This document shows positions 23,503 through 37,000 of a stretch of DNA of 64,000 nucleotides, piece by piece. The stretch is from Phoronis australis (lineage: Eukaryota > Animalia > Phoronida). Below the pieces are notes generated by a model. The model made no database searches and was not told the origin of the DNA. It was given only the letters and a program-made list of their open reading frames with translations. The stretch covers positions 1 to 64,000 of the forward strand of contig NMRA01000475.1 in the NCBI GenBank assembly GCA_002633005.1, given 5' to 3'. Within the stretch, counting starts at the first letter, position 1; each line of letters begins with the position of its first letter. The translations under genes were made by a program, and so were the position numbers.

Positions 23503-26336
23503 GTGCAAACGCGGTAGAATGCACACACTCAACTTGAAAGAAACAATGACCACAATTCCAAGCTCACTGTATGCAATAATCATCGACCAGACGTCCATAA
23601 CGTAGTCACAAACTCATACCCGGGCTCCCGATGTCATCTAAGGCTATTTACCTTTCAGTCGATAATGCAACTGGATCTAGGATATAGTTACACTTACCAA
23701 GAATGCTAAACCGTTTGTTGACCTACCGTTATTAAAACATAACAAAAATGTCACGTAATAACCCTCAAAACATTGGGTTGAATAGAAGATACGGTATATC
23801 GTCGGACACTGGCAAGAGTATCTCATTATTTGCCTTCGATATTAATAAAACGCTCAGCATGTCTGCAAATCGAATCTAGCGCTTCAAATGTTACTCAAGA
23901 TCAGTATTAGCTGGTTAATGTCAGTGGAGCAACGGTCTGTAGATTGTCCTCGTTATTTGAACAAATGTTTACCTGGCGAATTTGAAATTACGACAAACAC
24001 TTGAGAGAATGAGAAAGAGTGAGAGAGAGGATTCGATTTGAACATAACGACAATGCGGTCCACACAATTGTGCTTTAAATTTACTAGCTACTCTTACAGG
24101 CCGTGGAATTTTAATAACATTAGCAGTTCTCTATACCGGCATATCACTGACGGCGATGTATTATTGAATGTTCTCAGTAAACAGACTAATCTTGTGAAGG
24201 TAACAAATGCCATCCTGCGACAGTGCTCAATTTCATTTTATATGAATTTCCTGCAGGGCGATCTATTCATATCAACACAAATACACTTGACAAATGTTAA
24301 AAGGAACTAAAATATTATACCTATAAAATACGGATTAAGCCTATCAAACGATAATGTTAGTCTTGATCCGCGCATTAAACCTACAATATTAGATAATATA
24401 CGTCGTTAGCTTTATCTGTCGTATACTTACAAAACACACAAAACATGAGCCTGCCTCGCGACACGACCGACACCACTTAACACCAGATATAGTTTTGGCT
24501 CAATTCCAGTCGACTATTCAAACAGCCAACTAGCGTCTCTCGAATCTACCAAAGGTACGCGACCTGTAGTCACGGCATTCTAGGTGGCCCATATTATTTA
24601 ACACAACAAAGACGTGTTATGCTAATACCCAAGTATAAATTATAGATTTGTTTACAATTAATAGAACAGCAAAAATGCCATTGTTCATGGGTATTTATTA
24701 AGTATAAAATTGAGTATTTAACTACAGAAATGTTCCATTCACGAAGGTATTGCGACCGCTGCTTATTTTGGCCTCGGAGATCTATACAATGGGAGGCGAG
24801 ATATTGACCGTTAACGAGGGGGAGAACTACCGTGTCCTTTCTTTAGCCGTGACATTCTGTTTTGATAACAGAGAATTTTACAAAACGTTAGGAGAATAAA
24901 TTGGGTCTTTAAATGAACTGTGCACAGAGCCGTGGCTTTCATTTAGCTTTTTGTTATCGGGTATGCCAGCGTACTACTGCTTAAATTTCACCAGGGTTCG
25001 GAAGTAAACAAGAAAAAAACCAACGGCGTCGGTTACGACTGCGTGACTAGCCAAGAGTGTGCCATTAAAATGAGCTCTTTCAACGTAACTTTGAGTAAAC
25101 CCTGATGTCGTCCTACATCACGTGTGCTCCAGCTATGTCTAAATAATTACATATTAATTATACTACAAACCGAAGATTGTCTTTCTAACGCATAGGAAGC
25201 TAAAGCATCTAACAAAACCAACGTGAGCTACGACGGTAGAAAACTAGACAGTATGTTTTCAACCTTACTTCGCAGGCTTTCAAATGTACGCTATTCAAGT
25301 TTTCCAAATGTGGTTGACACCAACAAGCCGAGACAAGACAAAAAGGATCTATTGCGTTGCTCTTCACAGCTAAACAGTTTAGCAAGATTTCGCTACCACG
25401 CAAGCCTACCTGTTCGGTCAAGTGTTACGTCTCAGGATTACTCATCTATTTTTCCAAAGTAAATCCAGTTTTATTTTGCTACAATTTCTAACATAAAAAC
25501 CCCCACAGACGATGTCTCTATTACTGAGCCGATCGTTCTCAGCGTGCGCCACGGTGTCGCTCTTGGCCTTAGGAGTGTGACTTTAGACTTTGTGTTTAGA
25601 CTTTGAATTATTTCAACAATGGTTGTCATAGACAAAGAAGCCTTTTAATCTCATATCACGGTTCCTAATTCAACTGCAGGCATGAGTGCCGTCATACTGA
25701 GATATTCTTTGATAGTAATTAGTTGAAGTAAACTTGGCCTTTCAGGTTACTCAATGAATCGACAGATAAATCCTCTGGCTCCTGAATTGAATGTGACGTT
25801 ATAACAAAATTCTATAGGCTGAGATGAATTCAAAATGGCGCTTAACCAAAATATTTGGTCAGAGAAGAATGCTCTCTCAAAGTAAATGTTTTGTTTAACC
25901 AGTTGATTTGAACAAAGGAAGTCCGAGTCCATACATAAAGTAGTCATCGATCGCCAACCTAGATGTTTACATACGAAATCTTTGTCTCTCTAAAGCATTT
26001 GATTACCATAAATAAATGTGGTGTACTAACGACAATCAAGATGCAACGTAATTGAGCTACTGACAGCAAGATCTAATCAACAATTTGAGTAAAAAAACAA
26101 AAAAATGGTGCAAGGGAGTTGTAAATAAAAGATACCCAGATCCGTTCTGTTATTTAATCTATCTTTATTTACAATCCATAGCCTATCTCGCTTTTTGGCC
26201 ATTAATCACTTCGTCACTACTCTAGACGCATTTTCATTACGGTGTTGGCAGAGACGTTATCTTTGAGATAAGCAGAGGGGATTACACTAAATATTAAAAA
26301 CGCTATTACGGGTCGACCACTGTTACACTTACTTAC

Positions 26337-26957
26337 CTTTTCAGGATTTGGGTGAAATCCTCCACCATTTAGGGTGCCACTGTTAAGTATATTCATGTTG
26401 TTTTCACAAGCAGAAGTGTCGAAGTCGGTACTTAAGTCATCGACTTTAGGCAAGAAGGTAACATTGTCCAAAGAACTGATACTATCAGAGCTGCGGTCGC
26501 TGCTTTCATCGATCGAAGAATCAGTAAGCTGTTTGTCATAATTGATTGACAGATTATCCGCTGTATTGTTTGAGTTGACAAGTTGCGAAGTCGCCAGAGG
26601 TTCCGTGCGCCTGCGCAGGTGTGTCGTCTGCTTAGTGGCTTGACTTGCCTGATTTTCTGCAGACTGTTCATCTTCAGCTAACTTTGATAAAACAGTCGAG
26701 CCCAGTGGAGGGCCATCGCTTGATTTTTTTACTCTTCTGAATTGTTTTAAGTTGTTAAAATCGCTTGGAACTCGTCCTTTAATTTTTCCGGACAATTTTC
26801 CCGCCATCTTTACTTTGTAGTCATCTGTTTCTGTGTTCAGTGGTGCTTCGTCGGAGAGGCTGTCCGTTTGATCAGATCCTCCATCGAGAACTGTTTCTAC
26901 GTCACTGAAGCTTACTCGCTTCTTTCTCTTGTTTTTCGTGCAGTGCTGAGATGTTTT
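26337..26957 (-). CDS. SNCAIP: Synphilin-1-like N-terminal exon (Ser/Asp-rich, contains KKRVSF)
   Basis: ttttag / gtaagt; 621 nt open, phases 0/0; extends ORF 26217-26807 upstream. Confidence 0.75.
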
Positions 26958-27667
26958 CTAAAATACGCAGATGGAGACCTTTTGTGGAGGGAGTTGTAAC
27001 TTGGAAACAAACTGTTCATCTTACAAAACTCATTTGTTAAAAGAGCTGGATTCAGCTTTTTCAGTTCGCAAGCTACACAGGCCAAATTTGACTCAAAGAG
27101 ACAGAATTTAGACAAAAGTTAACAAGTTGACTATGCTACACAAAACCAATGTGATGATGTAAATTCAGCTTCTAATAACCCGAAGACTATTTTGGAGATT
27201 ACAACATTTACATGTCAGGCGCGCATGACAAAATGCGGAACATTTACGTAAAAATTTAAGACTAGCATAACTGAATCGGAAGTAATTCCAAGAGCCATAT
27301 GTCATTGCACGCATAAGTGAAGTTTGATTTATCTGTTAAAATAGCGATGTTGACATGTTCTAAGATAAGTGTAGGAAATTGGAAATACAAATACGCGATA
27401 AAGACATCACAAAACTTTCAATGTGAAGCACACACCCAAAGTGAGACATGCATAGATACGAGACTGAGAGACATACGAACGTACGATGGCGCGTATGATT
27501 AGTGAAACTTCTAGGCACATCAACTTAGATACGAACACTAAAGCAAAAATAGTTTCTGAAACAAAAACGCACATGGTTCCGAGTAGTCACGTGGGTCTAA
27601 AGACGTACTTACAGATACAGCATTTCATTTTACAGCAGGCCTTACACCCGTACTAATTTCCGATGCG

Positions 27668-27912
27668 CCACCTTCCGTCCCAAAAACAATATTTGATTTA
27701 GACCACTAACTTTTATGATTTTTTTTTTTAACGAGAAGTGATTTTTAGACTTGCGTGATAGTTCCTGCGATCATGCTAGGCGAACTTGTAAAGGCTGGTC
27801 ACAAGCAGCAGTGAACTGTCACTTTTTCTAAGCCCAGTCAATACTAAGGACAAATTTGAGTGGTCTGTAAGTGGTCTAAATCATAAATAAGTTTTTGTGA
27901 GGGAAGGCGGGT
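27668..27912. mobile_element. ~240-bp MITE
   Basis: Inverted ends ccttccgtcccaaaaac...gatttagaccact / agtggtctaaatc...gtttttgtgagggaagg. A related end occurs at ~29092-29127. Confidence 0.55.
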
Positions 27913-28074
27913 TTATAGCGACTGTCCAAATCTAAATAAGTCGTCAATCTAATGACCAATGTTCATGACACGCGTGTGAATTTTAATTAAGCAATATTTT
28001 GAAAGATTTTACAGTTGTAGCAAAATGTTTGAGAAGGCATCGCGACATGTAACGTTAGATCCCAACATTCCTAC

Positions 28075-28239
28075 CCGAGAGGCTGTCATTATGCCGGTAT
28101 AACGATGATTGTCGTGGCACATTTCTGGTCTAACATGGCGCAGTTCTTCCCAGCTAACTGGTAACATCGGAGTAGTACTCCCGTCACAGCCGTCAGGAGG
28201 GAGGAGTGAGTGCGAAACATCCTGCATCAAGCCTGCCAT
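28075..28239 (-). CDS. SNCAIP: Synphilin-1-like, probable first coding exon (MAGLMQDV...; acceptor at 28286)
   Basis: ctttcag acceptor at 28287-28289 and gtagga donor in phase 0. The first in-frame ATG is at 28239, but the true start could be in an upstream exon. Confidence 0.6.
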
Positions 28240-28723
28240 ATTAATACGACCATTCTGCACTCTCGCTATCTCTTCCGACGAATTTTCTGAAAGTTAGCCA
28301 AACCAATGCCGCTTTAATAAAAGATGTGATATTTGCTTACACAATATCATTGCATTTTGGACGTGTGAGTCGACGGTAATCCTCAAACTAAATAAAATTC
28401 CTATTAATCGTGTACAAATATTGGCACGTTAAATCATCATAATATCATAAAGTCGACCTTTAGTTTACCCATTTTCCTTCTGCGCGAGATCATCAATATG
28501 TGTGCAAAGTTAACGCCATCGAAATAACACACATTTCAATAGACAGGATGACAGGCGAACTTTTCTTTTGCAAAACAGGAACTGATTTCAACTTACATAT
28601 TGTTGTTCTATTTACAGATGGTTGTGTCATCTTGCCAGGCATTTTAATAAAGATCCGTTGAATCTCTCGAACAGGCTTAAAAAGATCTAGTCTGCTTCAC
28701 ATAAAGTGAAATCCGGTTTATTT

Positions 28724-28900
28724 CATGCGCGCACCCAGGCGAAGTGGACAAAAAGTTTCCCCTCAGAGAAACAAAAACTCCGAAAAAAGTAGAAAATCAG
28801 ACAAAACTCCACTAAAAAGGCAGGAACTACCTAAATTCGGCGAATACACAATTCAAAGCTGTGAACGTACCCCGTTTTTAGTAAAAGGTCCTCATTCTCA
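28724..28900. mobile_element. Truncated copy of the CATG-ended MITE family
   Basis: catgcgcgcacccagg terminus and internal agtaaaaggtcc shared with 9888-10092. Confidence 0.45.
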
Positions 28901-30996
28901 AAAATTCATGAATATTATTATGTAAACCATATTAGAATATGCTTATCATAATAATAACTGTAAGTTTGTCAATCATTTGAGTTTGCAACTGGTCAAATCT
29001 AATGCAACATTTCAGATCCCATATTTTCATTCCCACGAGCCGTGGCTATTTTAAATCGAATGTCATTTATTAAAATGGTCTTGAATCTGCGTTCCGTCAC
29101 AAAAACAACTTTTGATTTAGGCCACTTTACGTTATGAATGAATTGGTCTCAAATTGTTCCTTTAAATGTAAAATTCGTCGTGGTTTCTGGGCTTTGAATG
29201 CATTGCATTTTATGTACAGAGCATAGTCTTAATGAATAGCTTTCTTTTCAAGCCCAGAGAACACTTCTTCATTGCCTAAGGAAAAGTCGAGACCTGCTTT
29301 ATAACATGTGGCTTTAATTTAACGTGGAAGGCAATCGTACTTAGTGCTGATTTTTAGTTGAATTACAATATTCTAGTTATCCGGAATAAATTTTCAAGTT
29401 AATTAATGTCCCCGGGTTCTAATTGACAATCCATGCGTCACTCCGTAAATGACGTTCGCGACCCGAATCATTCTCAGGCAGTTTCGTTTGTGCGACGATT
29501 CGTTTCGGATATCTGTTGGTTGCATATTAGTTTCCAAAAATCGCTGTAATTATTTGGTTTGGGTGAGTGTTCTCAAATAATCTTAGATTAAACTAGAACG
29601 CAGCTGAGTGGATTTACTTGTTGTCTGATGTGCAGTGGACGGGTAATGGCTGCACCTAGCCACCACGAAAACACGAATCTTGTACATGGTGAAGCTGTAC
29701 TGGTTGCTAGCTCGAGTGACACCACCTTCAACTGAGGCTTGACCGGAGTCTTTGCAGTCATCTCGCGATACTTAGCGTTTCAAAAAAATACTCGTAGCAG
29801 GTGGTGACGGAGCAGTGAAGGGAAATACCTACGCTATGGCATCCTTCTTCACAACATGTTAAACAGCTACCTTCATGATCTCTGCGTAGTATACTGTTGA
29901 CATATCTGTATCTTAGTTTGTATTTTGTAAACATCACAGCAATTACGCTAGTAGTTATTGTATCGACAGAAACGTCTAGTAATTAGAATGATCCTATTGT
30001 AATTAGCATAAATAATCAATGCTCAACACTATCACACACAATCGAATAGTACATTGTAGTTGCAGTCTAATAAATGTATGTAAGGCCGAAGTTGAAAGAG
30101 TTTTAATCATTAGGGTTCACTTGTATTTTGGGTCTATTTAGTAGCTTTGTTGTTGTTTTCGAAATATTAATTGTTCATCATTAGAAAAGATCACAATACA
30201 GATGGTAATCAGTGATGAATTGCAAAAACACGCTTAGCCCCTGATTTGACGTTTCTAGCCTGTCCGTTAGTTCGACAGTAAACGCAAGAATCGGTAGTTG
30301 ATCTAAAACGTCATGAAAACTAATTGCCTCAAATCCCAGACACCACAGCAAGTAATGAACAGTCAGGCTGCCGTCGCGGCCAATTTTCAGTGCCAAAACA
30401 TTAAATTATAGGGGTAGACCAGGTTTAGGGGCAGTTTTGAGGCAAAATTTACGTGTAGGCTCAGTGAATCTGGTGTGTTTGTATTTGTGAACATGTTGGA
30501 AATGAGAAAAGACCACTTGTTCGGCTGTAGATGAACTTTTCTTCAAAATGGCGGTCCCGTGTTGCATTTGTGCATTGTGAGTAGCGACTGACGAATCGGA
30601 TGCGACTTCAGGTACCCCTCAAACAAGCCCCTGAGAATTGCAAAAATTTAGTGGGTTTACAGCACTTTTGGACCACACTTTGGAATTTGTAGAAAATTTA
30701 CTTTCAAAATCTAGTGTTGGCTAATGGCGCGCGTCGGCAGGGATGTGTTGGTTTTGGGGTGAACAATTCCAATTTTGTGTTTTCAGTTTGACCCTTTTTT
30801 CTCATTAACCTTCTTTGCTTTTCAGTAGGGATGACAGGGACAAAAATGCAAGACAGAATAAAGTGTCTGTGCTCATCTGTAGGGCTTTTGATGTGAAATG
30901 ACTCAAGACTTTTCATTCTTTGCCTACGGTTTTCGACAGAGTGAGGAAAAGGTGACAAGTCCATTGATGTATGTTCTGCTAGCTAAAATCCAATGA

Positions 30997-31150
30997 GAAC
31001 AGGCGTGCGTTCAGTAACGCTAGGACCTTGCTAAAATCTAGCCAAAACCACGTGATCTTATTTAAAATACATGGCAATATCTCACGTAATCTCGCGAAGT
31101 ATTGCTTTTTAGCGAGGTCCTAGCGTTACTGAACGGGTGCCGGGCTGTTC
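30997..31150. mobile_element. ~150-bp MITE/hairpin element
   Basis: gttcagtaacgctaggacct(t)gctaaaa / ttttagcgaggtcctagcgttactgaac are inverted. A second copy lies at 38370-38520 in the opposite orientation. Confidence 0.75.
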
Positions 31151-31573
31151 TGTTTCATGATGAACGACTGTAAATGAGCGCCGCCTAACGGTCATTTTGT
31201 AAAATACAAACCTGAGACCAAGACAGAGCCATGTGTCACCACAGTAGGATCACAAGTAGACCACGTCGATGACATGCCTTTGTCGTATTCCTCAAAGGTG
31301 AATTCTACAGGATTCTAAATAAAAATAAACCAGATTTAGCCGGTTAGATTTAAAACTCTGTTGGTAATAAGGAAAAGGCTCAGTGATCACTCAACAAAAC
31401 ACCGGTGCTGCAAATTTTGCAAGACCAGATACAATGTACATTCTGACTATATTTACATCAAATTTTACTTTAAAATTTACATTTAAACAACATTATTGCC
31501 GGAGACTACGTTCTTCGAATATGAAAACGATAAATTTGTAGAGTNNNNNNNNNNNNNNNNNNNNNNNNNNNNN

Positions 31574-31683
31574 GCAGAATGGTGGGTTTGTAGCCGCAGA
31601 ATGGTGGGTTTGTGGCCGCAGAATGGTGGGTTTGTGGCCGCAGAATGGTGGGTTTGTGGCCGCAGAATGGTGGGTTTGTGGCC
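31574..31683. repeat. 22-bp minisatellite (gcagaatggtgggtttgtggcc) x5, next to an N gap (31545-31573)
   Basis: Direct inspection. Confidence 0.95.
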
Positions 31684-33919
31684 TCTTTAAGACATTGAAT
31701 GACATGCACGAAAGTAAAAGTCAACTTAATGAGTTCAGTTTTCGACAATCCCAGAAGTGATTTCTTAAGTGGATGAGAATCAATTGGAAAGGATTTTCTT
31801 AAAAGTAAATGGTATAATTCAGGTGGTTTAATTGGGCTTAAGTGGAAGTTATGCCTATGAAATTTCAAACTAGGGGTGGGACACTGCTAGCTTTTAACCT
31901 TTCTGTTGCTCTCTCTCTCTCTTTATGATCATTACCAAGGGGGTGACGACGGGTGTGAACACACCTACCTACTGACGGCAGCTGAGGTCCACTCACAGAA
32001 CCACCAACGGGACTCCACCGGGACAATTCAGTTTTTACCCGAGTCTGAAGAATCTACAACGCGAACGACTGACGCACAAGGTGGTGCAAAAGTCAAGGCT
32101 TCGATGTTGAGAGGAAGAGGGGAGGTGGTGGAGAGTAAAGTAAACAATATGGCCACATTTCCATCTACTCTAACTCCTCTAATTCTACGTTCAATAGATA
32201 TACATATACCCATGCGCTATTCTGTTCTCACTAACACCTATATGTTTCGCAAACATGAAAGATAATCAACTATAGTGAAGTACGAGTAGCTTTATAGTCC
32301 TCCAAGAGAGCATTTTAATGCTTTTCAAAAGGATAGTCGTACCTGATAGCACTTAAAAAAGATAGAGGTGGAACTCTTCAAAACGGAGTCGTCCATATCT
32401 GGGAGATAACAGTGATGGTCTTTAGCCCGTTGTCTTGAAAAGGCGTTAGAATTTGTGCGAAACCTTGGATACTAAACCTATGTAAAAGGATTAAATACGA
32501 GATACAACATATTTAATTGCCATGGATATCGCGTGCAAATAGGTCGCCTATTGAGACAATCGATATAGATTCTAAAATGCATTTATCATTTTAACTGCTC
32601 ATATTTTAATGGACAGTCGTGCGTCTGAATTCTTTCTGGAATGTTTTAAATTTTGCCAAATGTCAAGGTTAACGAGGCTATGTTATACTTCACTCGAAGA
32701 ACAAAACTAATCAGTTTACCTGATATACAGCCATTCCTTACGCTCAATCGCTCCGTGTGAAGAGAAGCCGGAGATTCGCCCAAATCGACAGTTGTCAGTG
32801 TAACAACTAGCTAAGTGAATTTCGCGTGTGCAACTAAGCCTCGTGAAAATAAATCCCTTCCACACGTTTGGATTTTTACAAAAGATGACGTCGAGTTCCT
32901 CATAATAATTTTACCCCCTTGGACTTACAAATGAGGTAACCTGATAATACAGTGGCTTTATTCGCCCCATATCGCACATAGTTGATAGAAAACATAGGAC
33001 ACAAAGACTTGCGGCAGGACAATTATATAGGTCAACAGTAGGCATGATGCCAGTCGCGCGTGCGCTTTATTGACATTGAAAAGAACCAATGAGGCGAATG
33101 GAGGGCGCTTTATGCAAATGAAGTTGTCATTACCACCCGCCGTACAGGCACCGAATGCACGTAAACTGATACGGGTTATTATATATTCATTATTTTGGAA
33201 TAACCATGTTTCACAAATGGTTTTATACTTTCAGTCATTAAGAAAAATGAAATTTTGTTCACTGCTAATCTCACGTACCGCTGAACCCCTTGACCAAAAT
33301 AGAAAGGTACAGACCACACAATCTCATGGCATAGGCGTCGTTGAATGCGTTAGTATTGCTCAAGTTCACGTCGTTTACTCCTTTAATTTAAAGTTTACAT
33401 TTTTTAGAAAAGAAGGAACTTTGTAAACGAACGCAACATTTTACGCAATTACTTGGAAGAACTCGTAGTATAGCAGCCGAGCCGTATCAATCCGGCAAAA
33501 AACAACCATCAGCTGGAAACGTGCAGCAGTTCAGGGGCATTTTTTTTAACGAAAAGCTAATTAGGGATTTATTTTGGCACAATACGTGACGAAGTTCAAA
33601 GGTAAATTTCTCGTTAAAAACCCCGCTGTAGACAGAATTTTCTTTTGAAAAGTGCGTAATACATTTTGCCAGTGTTGCCTGAGGGTATATCATACAATAC
33701 GTTAGATCAAATCCAGTGATGTATCAGTAATAATTACAATATTGCAAAAACGTATGTGTGATATTTGGCAGATTGCAAAGTTATAAACTCGTGACCGTTC
33801 TTACCTTGGTATTGAATGGTACTGTGGTAAAACGATTTGAACTATTTTTAAAAACGTTTTGTGAAGTAACGCAGAACTGATTGTGGTTCAATCCCGGGCC
33901 CTCTTGTTCGTAAAGCTAC

Positions 33920-34019
33920 CACCTCATCACTGCACTAGTTCGTCACCTCATCACTGCACTAGTTCATCACCTCATCACTGCACTAGTTCATCACCTCATC
34001 ACTGCACTAGTTCGTCACC
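33920..34019. repeat. 24-bp minisatellite (cacctcatcactgcactagttcRt) x4
   Basis: Direct inspection. It is preceded by a B-box-like ggttcaatccc, suggesting a SINE remnant. Confidence 0.9.
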
Positions 34020-37000
34020 GAGCTCGAAGGTCACATTTGTTCTTAAATAACCGTAAAATTTAAACCACCATGTGAATGCAAACCGGCATCAAGGCATTTC
34101 AGTTCCTACGGTCACACAAAGGTGTTTTTTCAAGTACTAAAATGTCCACTGAATTTCAATACACTTCATTTGCGCGGGCTTCACGAAAACCTTGCCATAT
34201 AATTAAGTGATGTTTGTCGATTGTTTGTATTAAAAACGATCGTTGTAAGTCCAATGAGATAAATTAGATATAGCTCATTTTATATGACAACAAATCATGA
34301 TCTTTCCAAAAGCATAATCCATTGTTTCTTTGCAGTTTTCAAAATAACTCCATAACGTTTAGGGTAAAAAACTGGTAACAGGCTAACCGAACGAATGATC
34401 GACACTCGATCGAAAATCCTACTTTGGGCCTATGGTGTTAAATATTTGAAGTGAATAAAAAATTGTCTGGTTTCACTAAAAATAAATTCAGTGGCTGCAA
34501 GTGTTTGCGGTTGAGAGAATGAATACACCCGCTCTCATAACGGCTAGTTAGTCTAACTATGGCATTTTTAACAGAAGCATGCACATTAAAATAATGTGAA
34601 ACGAGTTTCTAAGAATTTGAACTGACTTACTTTTAACATATGTCAAATTTTTGGGTAAAATTAAAAGTTTTCTGTTTATTGAAGTGATAATTATATCAAT
34701 TAGGTAGATGTCAAACTTTAGACGACTTTAACTACAGTACGTGGCGTGTTTTGATAGGCCATTTTTGTGCCTTTCTATTTTCGATGATTTTAGTAATTTT
34801 AATTGCTAAAATAACTAGATAGAGAAGAATAGATGTTTTAAAAAACACATAGTTTTCTCTATCTATTTTTTGGGTACATGTGCAAAAAATGTGAACTTAG
34901 CTTCTTAATCTATGTCCCGATCGAAAAACGTGTCTTAGATTTTTATTTACAATCAAACATCAGCTATCCTTAAATACTTGGAAATTGTTTTAAAAAGAGG
35001 TTTTGGTTGTAGGTATTTTCGTTGTTAGAGAGTGAATCGAAGCTTTTTTTACAAATCAAAGATGCTACATGGACCGAGAGAGTCCTAGTTATTTTTCTGA
35101 CGCTCAACGCGCATGCAAAGTTTCAATTCACGAACGATGTTATCGTGGTACACTTCGACACTACTTACATGTAAGCAAATGTATGCCGGACTCTGTGACT
35201 GGAAGGCGGAACCTGATCGTGTAGTGTGCCGGGCCCTGCGTTGACGTCTGCACCCAAGCACATAGTAAAAATCGCTTCCACACACCCAGTAGTCAGGAAT
35301 TTTTTTTCAGATATTTCGCCATACGAGCGGACTCTCTCGCTTGACTACCCAAATCCAAATAGTAAAGAATGTCCCTTCGACTGCACTCACGCTATTTATC
35401 GCGTACTGTGTGCTCACGTCTACATTTTGTCCAGAATACTAGCATTTTGCGTATGCTAATTACTCATAAGACGACAAATATGACGCGACAATGAACCAGG
35501 TGTTAAGCCGCTCTGCTGCCTTCTGACCAGGCGTCCAGCTTGTCTTTTCCATTTCCGAACGCGGCTATATTGGTGACGCGTTTTGGTTCTTTTATTTCAA
35601 TGAATTGTTCTTACAGTCTTGTTTTGAACAAATGCGTTCAAATACGCCTCCCAGTGTTCAGTGCAATTAAGTAACTCACTGTCTTCAATCTCGAATGTAG
35701 CATTTCATCGAACAAGAAGCTCGTGAAAGCGATTGAATTTTTAATCCAGGCGACGAATGCACTAATTACCACCGAGTGTAGGCATTATTCCGTGATTAAG
35801 TGTAACCATAGATTTAGCCCTACACGTCACGCGAAATCGACGTCTTCTATACAGTGGCATCAAAGTACGTTATACATATGATTTATAATCTATTCACCTA
35901 CAACACCTTTTCTAATCACTAAGCAACGGCAAGTGAGCAAAATGATGGAAATGAAAAAAGAGACCCTTTCGTTGGGTTTTGTTCCAGACGAAGCATTACC
36001 GTTTTGTACTGAGGGGTGAAGTTCGTGAGACAGCTGAATATTTAACCCGTATGATGCCGAAATAGTACAAGAAGAGATGTCATGCAGTCAAAAATGGTAA
36101 CACCGCCTTAACAAATGCAAAGATAGAGGAATAATATCATAGAACCCTGCATGGAACAAGAGAGGGGGAGGGAGGGAGAGAGGGAGGCAGGCAGTGAGGC
36201 AGGGAGGAAGGGAGGGGGGGTAGTTTTAAGGGTGGGCAAAGGCCGTCTCGTATTATACAGAGATAAGGAAAAGATCTACAACACTTTATTCAAAACACAT
36301 CGTTGAAATTTTTTAGCTACCAGTTTGAAACGAGCAATTGAATTCCATACCTGGTAATAGAGTTATTCGAGGATCCGGCACGAACGACGAACAACAAACT
36401 GAGTGTATTTTTCTACCTGAGGCTGTCTCAACCTATTGTCATTACACATCACGCACACGATTGCTTGGCTTCATAACAAACGAGAACAAAGGAAAATGCT
36501 TTTTGTGCTCATTTCGAGCGACACTCGTAACTGTTTCTTTTGTGTGCACTGGACAGGATATATTGACGTACCACGATTTTCAATAATATTAGTCTGCATA
36601 GGTTGAGGTTTGACGTGAGTCTGTTATGTTAGTGAGTTGATATTACCAAGGGGTTGACAATGCAAACAAACGTTACCCAAAGAATTAATCTTTCTCATAT
36701 GAAAATAACAAGTTTAACTTGTAGCCGTGAGAATAATTCATGAGATTTGTGTTAAACACGAAGTAATAAAGTTATTGGATGCGTCCGACTAAAGCTAACA
36801 GTGATTGTCATTCATTTTACTCCATAAGCCAACACAGCATGAGCGCCTTCTCAGTGATATCGGTGTTGATTTCCATCTACGCAAAGAAGCTATGTATGGT
36901 GCGATCACGTGCGTCGCTTGTAAAACATGGCGATATCTCGACGCCCCTGTGTGATGTTACATTTTTGCAAGGTTCCTGTGTTTACGGAACGCACACCGAC

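Larger units (their letters stand above)
15620..28239 (-). other. SNCAIP: Synphilin-1 ortholog, gene span: 11 coding exons, ~1104 aa, ankyrin repeats, coiled coil and long disordered regions
   Basis: All exon phases join in frame (3315 nt CDS from the ATG at 28239). The ankyrin/coiled-coil block TLVEFNMDVTMENYAGQSPCVFADQAGHYHCVNYLIVVESCMQL parallels the human synphilin-1 segment as I recall it (TLVEYGANVTMQNHAGEKPSQSAERQGHTLCSRYLVVVETCMSL). Confidence 0.85.
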
